This document shows positions 13,340-25,800 of a stretch of 64,000 bases of DNA, piece after piece; the first letter of the stretch is position 1, and the number at the start of each line of letters is the position of its first letter. Location: assembly GCA_052327205.1 (NCBI GenBank), contig CM126216.1, forward strand, positions 59,706,001 to 59,770,000, given 5' to 3'. The notes beneath the pieces were generated by a model that made no database searches, had not been told where the DNA came from, and saw nothing but the letters and a program-made list of their open reading frames with translations. The translations under genes and the position numbers were made by a program. This DNA is from Somniosus microcephalus (taxonomy: Eukaryota).

Positions 13340-13580
13340 AGGAAAAGGTTGCATTTATATAATGTCTTATGTCACAAAGAAACATCTCAAAGCACTTTAT
13401 ACATAATGAAGTATTTTAAAGTACAATGACTGATATTATGTAGAAAACATGGAATCACTTTTGGGCACAGCAAGATCCCACAATAAAATGAGATGAATGA
13501 CCAGTTAATATATTTTTGATCATAGTCTTGAGGAAAGAACGTTGGTCAGGACACTAGAAGGACTGATTACTCTTCTCCAT
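13340..13580 (-). mobile_element. Degenerate Deu-type SINE 3' portion
   Basis: TTGCATTTATATAA..., CATCTCAAAGCACTTT, CACAGCAAGATCCCACA and ATGACCAG match the minus-strand copy at 61061-61529. Confidence 0.65.
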
Positions 13581-16500
13581 ACCAAGAAGTGGCAGGGGCA
13601 AGCTTTTGATAAGATCTTGCATTATCATCAAAAAATAAATGCCCCCCCCCTCCCGTTTATAATCACAATCCAAACCTTTCAGACGGCAACTATTCGCACC
13701 TCTAGTTTGTGTGCCATTATCACAAGTGCATGCTCGAACTCATGTATTCGACACTTCTACCTCGCCATTTCGAATTGTAGCGCTTTCACCAGCGATGAGA
13801 AATTTTAGGAAGAATATTACCATTCTGAATCCGAGAAAAGAAACACCTCCCTAAATCCACATGGCTTCTAGAATTAATCAACAACCTCCTCAGTTCTAGG
13901 TGTTTTAAATGGTGTGTAACTCCACTTAAAAATACAGCTTATCTATAACTTTACCGGTTCTACACTACTTCGCGTTTATGCTGATTGTCCCAACATTGAA
14001 GTAGGTTTTTATTACAGAATAAAAAGAAAAATATAAGAAGGGTAGGTAGTAAAAATGCAATAAAGTGGGTCTATAATTAGAAGTTATTTCGTAGGTGGCG
14101 TCAGTGGGGCAGTAAAGGAGGTTGAATATATAATAAAAATATATATTGGACCTTGAAAACAGCTTCAATTGCAATGGAGCCGGGGTACGACAGATGTAAC
14201 TGCAATGCAATGAGATGCAGACCTCCCCAGTAGCGTATATTCAACACTGAGCGCTCACTTTGTATGAATAGTATATATAAAAACAACCTCCTCGTTACAA
14301 GTTTTCATGTACATAGTACATGGGGGGGGGGGGGCGTTATTTCATATGAGGTCAAGACCTCCGGAAGGTGACGTTTACATATATGTTTGTGCAATGTATA
14401 ATATTTAGACAGAATTTTATGCAATGGGGGTCTCAGGGGTTGTTTACAAGACACTTAGTTTAAACAGTAAATTAATGGCAGTAAATACGTTTTCGAAGTA
14501 TAAATTGAAATCACCGAGAGTGCATTATAGGATCAAAAGAAAATGAAGCTCTAATTAGAAACTAATGCACATTATCAGAAACCTTTAAAAGATGAGAAGC
14601 CGAGATGCAAAGACAACGGATACAAGGCAGACATTCTTTCACAGGATTATTACTGAATAACAAAATAGTGCAAAATGTTCTTGTTTCTTTTCGTAAATTG
14701 GTTTCATGGGGTTTATTGTTCTTCGGAAATAAACATTTTGTGAGTGAATACAATTCATAATTAGCTATAAAGTAGGCTTTCAGCAATGAGAGTTAGAAAG
14801 ATGGGATCGAATATTAACGCCTAATATAAGCGTAAGAATTGTATCTTAAAATTGTCAGTGTTTTTTTTTTGGAGGCTATGATGCCTTTTTAAGATGGCAC
14901 AATGTCTTGTCGTTTATCGTTTTTTCTTGGCGGCAAAAAGTAAGCTCGCAAGTGAACAAAATGTTTTGTGTTCATTTTTGATTCCATAATTGCATTTTGG
15001 CTACATTTCTGGATAATTGTGATACATATTTCCAGCAGTAATTATCGTATCTATAATGTTTTGTATTTTGCAAAAGTTCACTTAGCTGTATAACAAAGCA
15101 AATATATTGTTCAAAAGAAATCCCTTTGATTTGAGTCGCTTTTATTTTGTTTTACTGCAAAAAGGACGACCGATATCAAAGAAGCTTGCACTGTTGTGGA
15201 TAGGTTGCAATACCAAATATGAACAATTGGTGGCGTGTGAGGCACATAGACCGGCTTGTAGTTCAATTCTGTTCAATGTAAGCACCAGCCTACCTGTCTC
15301 AATCTCTTATGTGTGTGGAGAATTCGACTTAAAATAAATCCTAGCAGAATCATCCTGCAAACACGTCTTCGAGTTTGAATTTGTCTAAATATCCAGTAAG
15401 TTCTCAGAATGAAAAAAAAACTTGCAAACTCACTGAAAAGTTTTTTTTAGCTTATTTTAAGTATGACAGCTCGTAAAACTGCAACGCTTTACCTTATATG
15501 CTTACTATATTGGACACAAGAAAATCAGCAATAAGCTATAGTAAGAGACTAAGCAACGTCCGTCTACAATGAACAAATCGCTGAGCTTTGGAGCTTTCAT
15601 ACTTTGGTATTCGGGGAAGTTTTCCGCAAGTCGACGAAAGTTGTTTTTAACGTGTAAACTTGTACTATATACATCGAGAGATGGAACGAACTAAGTTATA
15701 AAAGCAATTTTTCGGTACCGTGAACGTTCTATATTCCTTGAATGATATCGCTGTTGGGGAATATTAACTTCTGTTCTTAAACAGAGCTTTAAAAATGTAT
15801 ATAATTCATCTAAATTGAAATAAAGTGTTGTCTGTTAACAGACATATACTGTTAATTTCCCCAGAAAGGAGATTTGTTAACGCCCCGCTGATTTATGCGG
15901 TGTGCAATTTTTCTTTCCCAGTTTTGCCTGTAACTGTACCCATAGGCTATCCACAGTCCATGTGGGCTCAACCCTTTCCAGGGACTTACGAAGAGTTTTT
16001 GTCTTATTGTCGAAATGTTTGTCAGGATCACGACACAGACATTGCCAGGTCCTGTAGATATGCCAGCTATTTGATTTAATATAAACGTTTGCTATTCTTA
16101 GAGATATCCAAACAGCTCTGCTTTCAACGCGCGTACATTGTAATATATCCCAGCGTTTCACTGACCTGTTACGTGTTCCAGTCACAGATTGCAACGACTA
16201 CTGTTCTCGTGCAGTCAGACGATAGCGGCGCATTTAAAAGTTAATTCAAACTCGTCAGATGGGCTAATTGGCGATTTATTACGTTCTAATCATCATTTAT
16301 TACATCTGGAATTCTAGTACATAATAATATTTACAGCGAGTTTCGCAATTCCTAACACAGTCTGTAAATATTTTTACACAAATGGTAAATCACTCCTTTT
16401 AAACACTTCCTCTGAGGAGACATGAAAGGCTGCTGTTTGGTGTCCTTGTGCGCACCAATACTTCTTGGACTTTAGACACTGTTCACTTGCAAAGATCTGT

Positions 16501-18971
16501 GTGTGCTTTGCTTCATATTTTATCTGTGTGAAAATCTTCAATAACTTCCGAAACCATTGTTAGAAGTTAGAACTAATTGTTCTATTCTGCTTATCAATGG
16601 CGTAACAACCAAGCAGTGACCCCCCCCCCCCCAAAAAAAAAAACCCCCATCTGTCTGCACGATAAGCCAAGCACTGGTCTAGCTTTTTTCCCAAGATTAG
16701 CCATATTTTACAGGATGGAGTGATTTTACTGTCAGTACTCTCCCAGTTGCCTTACTTTCTTTCTCAGGATCGCCGTGTGAGATGCTGATGCATTGCTGCA
16801 TTTGTGAACTTGATGCTGTGATCCGATGTGTAGCGCCTTCCCATTCAATCCTTTCAGAGATGTATTAATAAAATTTCAGTGAAATCAACAACCTGAGTGT
16901 TCTTATAAACCAACTGATGTATCTGTACTGCCTTTATCCTGTATATTGCCACTAAGTAAACTGGATTTATTCCCCATTTCCTGCATTTAAAACTAGTTAT
17001 GAGGATACAACTTATTCCGTATGCACACTCGGGTGAAACTGACAATCAGGCTTTCTTTAAACACCGGTTTTCAAAAGTATTTTTTACCAGTAACTAAAAC
17101 GACTTCATCTGATATTTTCTGGGAGGGCTTTTCATTTAGCACTTCCCGCTTTATTTATTTCATAGACATTATATTCCAGAAATCTTTTCAAGTTAGTAAC
17201 TTTTTTTCCTTGTTATTGTTGCATATCCCGGTGTCTGGTTAATTTCACTTCTGACAGTTCTGTCTTGTCAGTAAAAGTGAACACGGCTAAGATCACTTAT
17301 TTTCCACCTTCAGAACCCATTCTGTGCAACTCCAATTCCAGTGAATTAGTTCAGTGAAAGTGACAAGCAGTCTTCCTTTTTCGCGACCCGTTTTTTGATT
17401 CCTTTTCCATCAGTTTTTCTTTTTTTACAAAAGAACCATTATTGTCCTGGAGTTTGCCGGTAAGTGGAATGGGTTGAATGCCTTGCAGCCAATACACAGT
17501 TTGATTTAATTATTCATTTTTTTGGTGCAGGATGGTGACGCGTGTGTTATAGAACAAAGAGAATGTGAAAATGAAAGGCAGAGGCTGGGGTGGTGGGGGG
17601 TGGGGGTGGAGAGGGGGAGCTGACGCTGAAGAATCAGCTGGTAAAGGTAAACCTCCAGCCTGTCAGTGCCACTCCTCTCACACCGGCCTGGATGACTCTT
17701 CCATTAGCACAAACTGCTTTTCCAACAGCATCCAGCCCTCATTCCTTGTAAGTACAGCCATCCTATTATTAGCATGCCAATGTTATTTACAGTACTGTGT
17801 AGCTGTGTGTCTGGTGCCATCGTGCTCACACCAGTACCGAAGAGGCAACGATCCAACTTTTATTTTCACTTATTGAATCTTGTACCATATTATATATATA
17901 TATAAACTAAGATTCTTCTAAGCCTGTTTTATGGATAGGTAACATCTGCATTCCAAAGGAAATATTACATGCGCGCTGCTGTTTTTAAAATCCCTTTGTG
18001 TTTCTTTTATTTTACAATGAGCTTGCGGGCAAATGTTTACATAAATAGTTGTGTTTGAACTGTTTGTATATAATTTCAGCATTTTTTGTCTTGCTGAAAA
18101 GCGTCACTTGTGCACATTGGGGTTGTTGCCAAGTTGCAAAAAGGCAGACAATGATTAATAAACGGGACCCCACTGTTTAAACTGTTAACCTGAGCACTCA
18201 CTTTACCTGGGCGCCCTGTCACTACATCAGAGGCCGAATATATTTAATGAACACGTATAGGTAAGTTTCTTCAACTTAAATATATGTTGCTTCTTAATTA
18301 TATGGATTCAATTTGCCTATTTCAGTTATTTTAAGATCGCCAACAACTCTCCTAGTAACTTTCACTTACTGTTCTGGTCACATTCCTTCACACGGCCCAT
18401 CTGCTGAGGGCACTTTGCACCTTTACGCATCCCAGTTCAGCTAAGCAAGCTATATGATCGTTCTTACCGTGGAATTAAAAAAAATGTTTTTAATAAACGT
18501 GATGAGGCGGGAGGTCAAATGTTAATGTACTAGTTGTGTGTGGAAGAGGGAGGGCGAACCGTATCGATTACACCCAGTTTATCGGTGACAACAGCGCACA
18601 CTTGCATGGTTAATAAAAGTTGGACATATTTTACAAGCCAAGCTGCGATCGAGTGTAAAAAAAAATCAGAACACGGTACCTCTCTACAGACTGGGTTGAG
18701 ATTTTTTTAACCTCTCGGTCTTGCAGATAGAATAATAATACAGTAGGTGATCTGTTCTGAGTCGGACTTACCTTTTCCGCAATTATGTGCAAAGGAGGTA
18801 TCCGCGTGCCTGTCTGAGCACCGAATTTACAACCGATTCATACTGTCAGTCTGTCTGATGGGGATCTGTTACGGCAGTCAGTTTCTAAAAGAACGTGGTT
18901 GTCATTTTGGTAAAGTTTGAACGTCAGACCGAGCAGCCGTTCATTCTCTTGCGCGCAACGGCTCGAAGCTG

Positions 18972-18993
18972 CACACACACACACACACACACA
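18972..18993. repeat. (CA)n microsatellite
   Basis: Direct dinucleotide run. Confidence 0.9.
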
Positions 18994-19365
18994 CCAATAC
19001 TCCCACTCACACCAATAATCTCACTCACATATACAAACACAGTCGCTCGTGTATACAAACAAACACTTGCACACTTCGCGTACCTGCAAACACATACTCG
19101 GAGTCAAATGCCAGAGACACATGGCTGACCCTGGAGTGAGTGAAATTGACACGAGCTGTCAGGTTCAAGAGTAACGCCGCGAACTAAAAGTTTCTTTAAA
19201 AAAACCTCCAGCCTCCTCAAACTGCCTTCAGCACGAGCTGAGCAACAGAGTGGGTCTGAGCTGCTCGGGATTGGCCGCTGCACCGAGCTCACAGCATGTA
19301 ATTCAGGAAGCTTCACTTTAACCAACGAACTCGGTACATTTGATAGGGGAGAGGGTGGAAACCAC

Positions 19366-19405
19366 TGACCTTTGACCCAATCAATAATCGATCAATAATC
19401 TGATC
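19366..19405. promoter_or_regulatory. DR1 nuclear-receptor element abutting tandem ONECUT/CUX-like sites
   Basis: TGACCT-T-TGACCC (19366-19378) immediately followed by AATCAATAATCGATCAATAATC. Confidence 0.45.
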
Positions 19406-22259
19406 GCACCGGTGTTTAGAGAACATTTTGCCGCGCTCCCTGGCTCTCTTCATTCCTCATCTATTCCTAAATGCTGCACGATAGTGTTAACACATGTCCT
19501 ACCCTGTGATCGAAAGGCGCCACAAATCACCCATCACTGCGGACTTGAGCAGATTTGATCCCCTTTCTCAGATATTGCGTGGTTGCTTTATTTAAACAAA
19601 AAAAAAGTTATGACATTAAAGTAAGACTCATTTGAAAGAGAAAGACCGAGACTGTTGCCCTCTCGAACACTCAGCCCACATCCCCATAAAATACCGCTTT
19701 ATTTCACTCCCATTCTGCCCCCAAACAGGGTTATCGTATCGACCTGACCCGAGGTGACAGACGCTTTATTGGCCCGAATGCTGGAAGTTCAATTATTTAC
19801 AAACTGCACATTTAACAAAGATCGACTGTACATGGTAAAACCTATTGTTTATATTTCCTTTCCTGGTAATAAGATGAACTAGTATGAAAGGAGTTTCCTC
19901 TAACCCACACTGGCCAACGCCAGGAAGTCCTCGCATCCCTCGTTACTAGTCTTATATATTTAAACAGATCAGTACAATCCCTCCACATGTAATCAGATGA
20001 CTCCAGAATCGTTGCGTTTGAATATAATTCTCCTTTAACATTTTAGGCCCAGGGAACTCCATTTAGTGAGATCTTTGCATCTTCATTCAAACTGTATCAG
20101 AACAAAAAATGACTAGCAGGAAAATTATATATCTCTGGAATATCCAACAGGCTCCCAGTTGCGATATAACATATAGTTATGCTTTTATATTAAGTTGGAT
20201 AAATCTTTTTCCCCCTCTGAACTTGCTTCCAGCTTGATGATCAGGACAGTGCCCTAATAAGAGCGGGTTTGGGAACAATGACTTCGATCTGATAACGTGG
20301 GGATGGGTCGCAGTATGTACGGACAGACTCTCCAGGTCCCAGTTAATTTGACTGACGAGTTTACATTGAAATTGTATAAATATATAAATCGGAGTTAAGG
20401 AGAGACCCGTGTGTATAGGCTTGTCTCCCGAACCGTGTGCGATCCCTAGTCATATTTCATTACTGGTTGGATCCATACTTAGCGCACAAGCTCAATAAAT
20501 ATTAATATAAAAATATCGGTCAGGGGAAAAATCAGAACACGCCTGGCTGTAAAAACACATGTTTAAGTACTTATTTGAGGTTTAAAATTTCAATGAACTT
20601 CCCAGAATAAGTAAAAATGTTGCTCTACAAGGATTCCTTTAAGGTCGAGACAACATTAAACTTTATTATAAAACAAAGCCCTTTCTCAGTGTGTAGTGAT
20701 AAAGCTGGTGTGTATGAGCCCGGAGCACAGCAGCCTGCACACATATATATGTATGCCTGATTAAGATTACGATCAAGATACCGATTGTTAAATGGCTATC
20801 TTTGATATAGGCAATCTGCTAAGCGATTCACGCAGAGTTACATTTTTATCAATCTGACACTAATACACGTTAATGGGTTATATACAACAATTTGGGTATA
20901 ACGAGCTAATAATGTCTTTATTGCATTGTATGTGAGTATAATATAATTATTACATTTGGAATAAGCAGATTAGTGATCCGCGCGGTAGTGTTTGTGCCCG
21001 TACCTGTCACGCATTGTCTAGCTTCGTTTCCTGTGCAATCTGCCTGATAATAAAAAGCTACATATCGACAACAGTAGATAATGAAGGTTTTGCTATTCGG
21101 CATCATTTTGACAGAGAGCTGGGAGTTTATCTGTATTAATAACAGTTGCCAGGGCAGGGGGTAGCCGGGGCCATTCTGTTGCGTTTCACAAGGACCAACA
21201 CAAATACGGTTTGCCATATCTGTCTGGAAATCAATGCATTGTTACTCGCAGTGTTATTTCAGGGGTGGCGGGACTGGATGTGCATATAACCTGTGCACCG
21301 TCATGGTTGCTGCACTGACATGTAACACAGATTTACTACATTGCTAGTTAGGTGTCAGTTTCATTGATGTGGCCGTTGTATGCAGGTACAGCGATCTTGA
21401 TACCGGCTGACATCAATAGGTTTAACTCCAGTTATATAACCAGAATAGGCACTGAAGTTTCAGATCTTTAAAGAAAGCAAGGTTTTAGATGTGTTACATG
21501 ATGTTGGTCATAAGTTCAATTGAATGTGTGTACCCGAGAGTCGTTGTGCAGCGCGAAACTGAGAGACTGGAGTATCTGGTACTATTTCCCCCCCTTAAAT
21601 GTAATTAATGTTAGTTTCAGTGAGAGAAAGGGAGAGATCATTGACTTCCATTGGGCCGATAGAAAATCCCCTAAAGGTGGCAGACATAGGGTTAATGTGT
21701 AACTCTATCAGATTTCCGAGTTGCACAGTATCAGTAAAAATGTTATGCGCCAGATGATCGGCGCGTATTTCTCAGTGTTAGCTTTCTCAGGCGTGCTCCG
21801 CGATGTGAATAGCAGCTCCGGCAAACGTCGGTTCCAGATTAGTTCAATCAATATTCTCAGTGCTCTTATCACAGCCGCGGAGATCGACCCGGTCGCTCCA
21901 TCTCCAATGGTTATCACTGTCCGTATAAACGATAGGTATCTGGAGATCAGTACGTTTCCCCCAAAGGCCGGCGTGTTTATAATGTGGTCGGTTTTTTTTA
22001 AAGAGCTTTTTTCCCCCCAAAGTTCAGGAATATCGACTCGGAAATTGACGCGGAAATTGGCAGATTTTCTAAATTGAATGCGACCGGTAGACGACAGAGA
22101 GGCAGAGATCTGTGTGCGGATCGGAGAGAGAGGAAGTTGAGTTCTCTTTCAGTTACATTAGTTCGCGTTTGCGAAGTTCAGCAATCTCTCTGGCCAGCCT
22201 GTGTATGTTAGTAGCTGGCCGTGTTGTGTGTGTATGTAGCATGAGTTGGCCCAGTGGCT

Positions 22260-22771
22260 GCCCGATCTCTTCCCCTCTCGCCTCAATCCTCTCTCTCTCT
22301 CTTCGGTGTGTGTGTGTGTCTCTCTCTCTCTTTCTTTCTCTCTCTTGCGCTGGTCCTGGGAGCAGTAGACATCAAGGCTGGTTGCGAGGGGGGAGCCGTA
22401 AGATCAATGCCCTGGCCATTCACTTTCTGATGTTGCACGACGGGAAATGCTTTGAATACTTGCGACATGGCCGCTGGAATTGATCGCCAAGATTGACAGC
22501 ACTAACCATCGCCTTCACTTGTTTCACAGAGAATAGCAATATTTTTTTTTCGGCAGCCCATCGGCAACTTCTGCCAGCGATCCGGACCCCCACCCCCACT
22601 AGCCCCCTCTCCATGGCCCGGGGAAGCTCAAGCTGACTTTAAGCTCTTCGTTTCAGCTCTTTTGTTTTTTTTTAATATAAAAAAAATTGTTTTAAAATTG
22701 TAAAAACAAATTAGACACGTATAACGACACGGGATAGCAAGGAGCTGCTTCTCGCCAGACTGGCTACTAAG
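22260..22771 (+). other. Putative non-coding first exon (5' UTR) of an unidentified gene
   Basis: CpG-dense promoter-like region from about 21700, then a CT/GT-repeat tract (22265-22345) and a uORF-rich leader. It ends at a splice donor AAG|GTAACC (22771/22772), followed by a (GT)n tract. The start position is a guess. Confidence 0.55.
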
Positions 22772-22804
22772 GTAACCGGGCAAAATCCCTTGTGTTTTTG
22801 TTTC

Positions 22805-22828
22805 TGTGTGTGTGTGTGTGTGTGTGTG
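22805..22828. repeat. (TG)n microsatellite just downstream of the putative donor
   Basis: Direct dinucleotide run. Confidence 0.9.
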
Positions 22829-25800
22829 TTGATTGTTGTGTCTAGCGTCCTTTGCTCGTGTACATTTCTACGGGTTTCTACTTAAGGGTTGTGCTGTAGC
22901 TGGAAGCTGATTTTTCCCCCTGTTGCGATCTGGTTAGGGTCAGTTTGTACGGGAAGGACAGCGCGCCTAGAGGTTGCTCTGCTCCCTCTCCCCACCCCCA
23001 TTTAATCATGTATAATGTAAAAAAGCCACGCGAGTTATTGCAGATTGGAGTCTTTCTGGTATACACACATGCACGATAGAAGTCTCCCCCTCCCCACCAC
23101 CCCCTATTCTTTCTACTCTTCATTGCCAAGCCGCACGCTTTAGAAGACGATCATCCCCGTACACTGGGAATCACAGAGTTTGCCCTGCATTCTGGGCTGG
23201 GAGGGAGAGAGGAATCCAGACTCGTTTCCAAACACAAGTGGAAAAATGCGATTTTCGGAAAACCTGTGATTCTTTTTTGTTGTTGAAAATGATAAAGCAC
23301 CGTATCACCTTGAATTAGTAACGTGAAGTTTTAGTTGATGTTGAACTGGCCATCTGTGCTGTCTTTAAACATTTAGCAACAGTTCCTTGGTATGGGCGGC
23401 AATTTCGACTCTGTCCACACAGCGGTACTAGATGTTAAGTAGCGTCTGTGCAAAGGCTCAGAGTACAGAATTATAAAGTTGCAATCTGGACTTTTAAAAC
23501 GCTGTCTGATGCTCATATTAAACCACTAAAATTATTATTTAAAAAGAAAATGTTTATAACGTCGCCACTTTTTGCGGTTTTTACGCATTCCCGCCTTCGT
23601 CTGAGATAATCTCTTTTTTAGTTACTTCTGTCGGGGAGGGTCATGCAAATTGACCTGAGAAGAATGCACAAGCACGTAAATTAAAATAAAACAGGCATCC
23701 AGTGACCGACCCATAAGGAGACAATACCCAACCTTTCCATATAGCAGGCTTCCTTGGCGCGATCACCCACTTCTGTCAACTGCAGGGGCCAAACGTGAGT
23801 CGTAAAATTTACTTTGAACCAACACTGATAAAATTGGTTTAGATCAGTAGATGCAATGCAAGACACTCCGATTTTTTTCAAACCGTGGGGACAGCGATTA
23901 GATGACAATAAACTGTATTTAGAAAGTTTTATACCGTTTTACACTTTTAAACACACTCCTTATTTTAAAAAATCAGAATATTTAATTTATTTGTATTTTG
24001 TTTAGCGTGTATCTTATCTATAATTTGTTTTTAATGTTAATATTGCATGCCTTGGCATACATTTTTTAAACTTTACGCACTTTATTAATAATAATTTGGG
24101 CTATCTCTTTCTGTGGGCCCCGTCAAATGACGTCGTTGTTTGTAATGCGATCAAAGTACCTTTATTTTCTCTGAAATATTTTTAAAGGAACTGTCCTATT
24201 GCAATGACCGTTCCCCGCATTAAGTGGAAGGAGAAGGAAAGCGTTAACTGATATCTCTAAAGGGGGCATTGCCTGTTTAACAGTCAGAAGCTCTGATGTT
24301 ATCGATCTGATAGCTGACCTTCCTTTATTCACACTTTTTTTGGTTGGAGAAAGGGAACGAAAGGGACATTTGAAAAGACAATGAGTGTTGTGCCTGTTAC
24401 TGTTTTCCCTTGGTGACGGGGGGAGGGGGGAAGAAGAGAGTGAATGTGAAAGTTGTCTGGGGAGAAGAGATTAGCCCTTTCTGACTCTTGGGTCAGGGGT
24501 GTTTCCCAAAATACTGAGTCAAAACTTTCACCAGAAATAAAAAAGAACTCGCATGTTGAGCGCAGATAAGCAGCGTGTTTAACCACACCACATCTGTTTA
24601 TTGTAAGTCATCTGCAATATTACATCTATCCCATTTATATAACAAATAATAATAACGCGCACACCGCTTTCAGAATGAAATACTTAAGAATTGTCATCTT
24701 CGCGTGATTTTAAAATGTAACAATGAAAATGGCCATTGTGACACAGCTATACCTTTCTGTACATGGTTAAATCTACCTGCTTTTCTTTGTGATGTGCATT
24801 TGTGATTCATAAATAGAGGTTGTTAAATAGTAGACCCAAAGGTAAACATCTCGCTGAGACTATATTGGTGAGTTGTTAAATATATTAAAACTATATATTA
24901 GTAATTTCAGCAGATACAACAAATGTAGATTAATATATATATTTATATATATATATATAATACTCCAGTATTTGTATCTGCTGAAATGACTAATTGAGAA
25001 TTTATTCGGTATAAGTAACCCTTGTATTATGAGAGTCTCACAGGAAAACATTTGCATGGCGCATGTACTAAACAATCCTCTCATGTTAACAACAGTCTTT
25101 AAAAACCATGTTTAGTCATGTTTGTTTTCATGTGATTTCTCTGCACAGCAAACAATTATGAAGATACATTCTATTGACCGTTTTCCTAAATTGTTTAGGC
25201 ACACTTCATTTAATAACCATTCTTCGTTATACATAATGCAAGTAAGTCTGTAAGGCTGTTTGTAAAACAATACCCTAGCTAGTCCCAGTGTTAGGGAAAA
25301 GTTGATCTGGTAATGGCATTTTGTTTTGAACAGCTGTCTGACTTGTTGCTTGCTGTTAAAGTAACTTCCCTCATAAGGTATGGTGGCACTGAAGCTGAAA
25401 GGAGGTCCAAATGGCACATTTATAATTAGATTGCAAATTCAGCAGATTGTGCCCATACTACAGGCTAAACTGCAATGTCTGGGATCTCAATAGAGGCGTC
25501 TTAAAAAGAGACTCCACTCAGTCTTGGGTAATTCTCTTTTCACATTCTTCAACCTCTACAGCCAAACGCCATGAACAGCAGGGACACTTGATTAAGACAG
25601 TATATATTTCACATAATAAACACCTACCGAGGAGCTACGAGGCGAAAGTTTGGAGTGAACAGCAAGAGTGTGATATTTAAATTGTTGACGGATATAGGCT
25701 GTGCAACTGCGATATAACATTAGTTTTGTTCATATTCTGTACAATATAATACATTGTAGTGAGCTGTGCAACTTTAAATTATAGTTTCAGATAATTTTAA

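Noticed and set aside
21721-22483. ORFs 21721..22077 and 22112..22483 as host coding exons
   Set aside because: Non-ATG starts, translation through microsatellite tracts, and no protein family resemblance. A promoter/5' UTR interpretation fits better.
22260-22771. Assigning a gene symbol to the putative first exon
   Set aside because: No coding sequence is visible in the window and I do not recognise the leader. Any name would be a guess.
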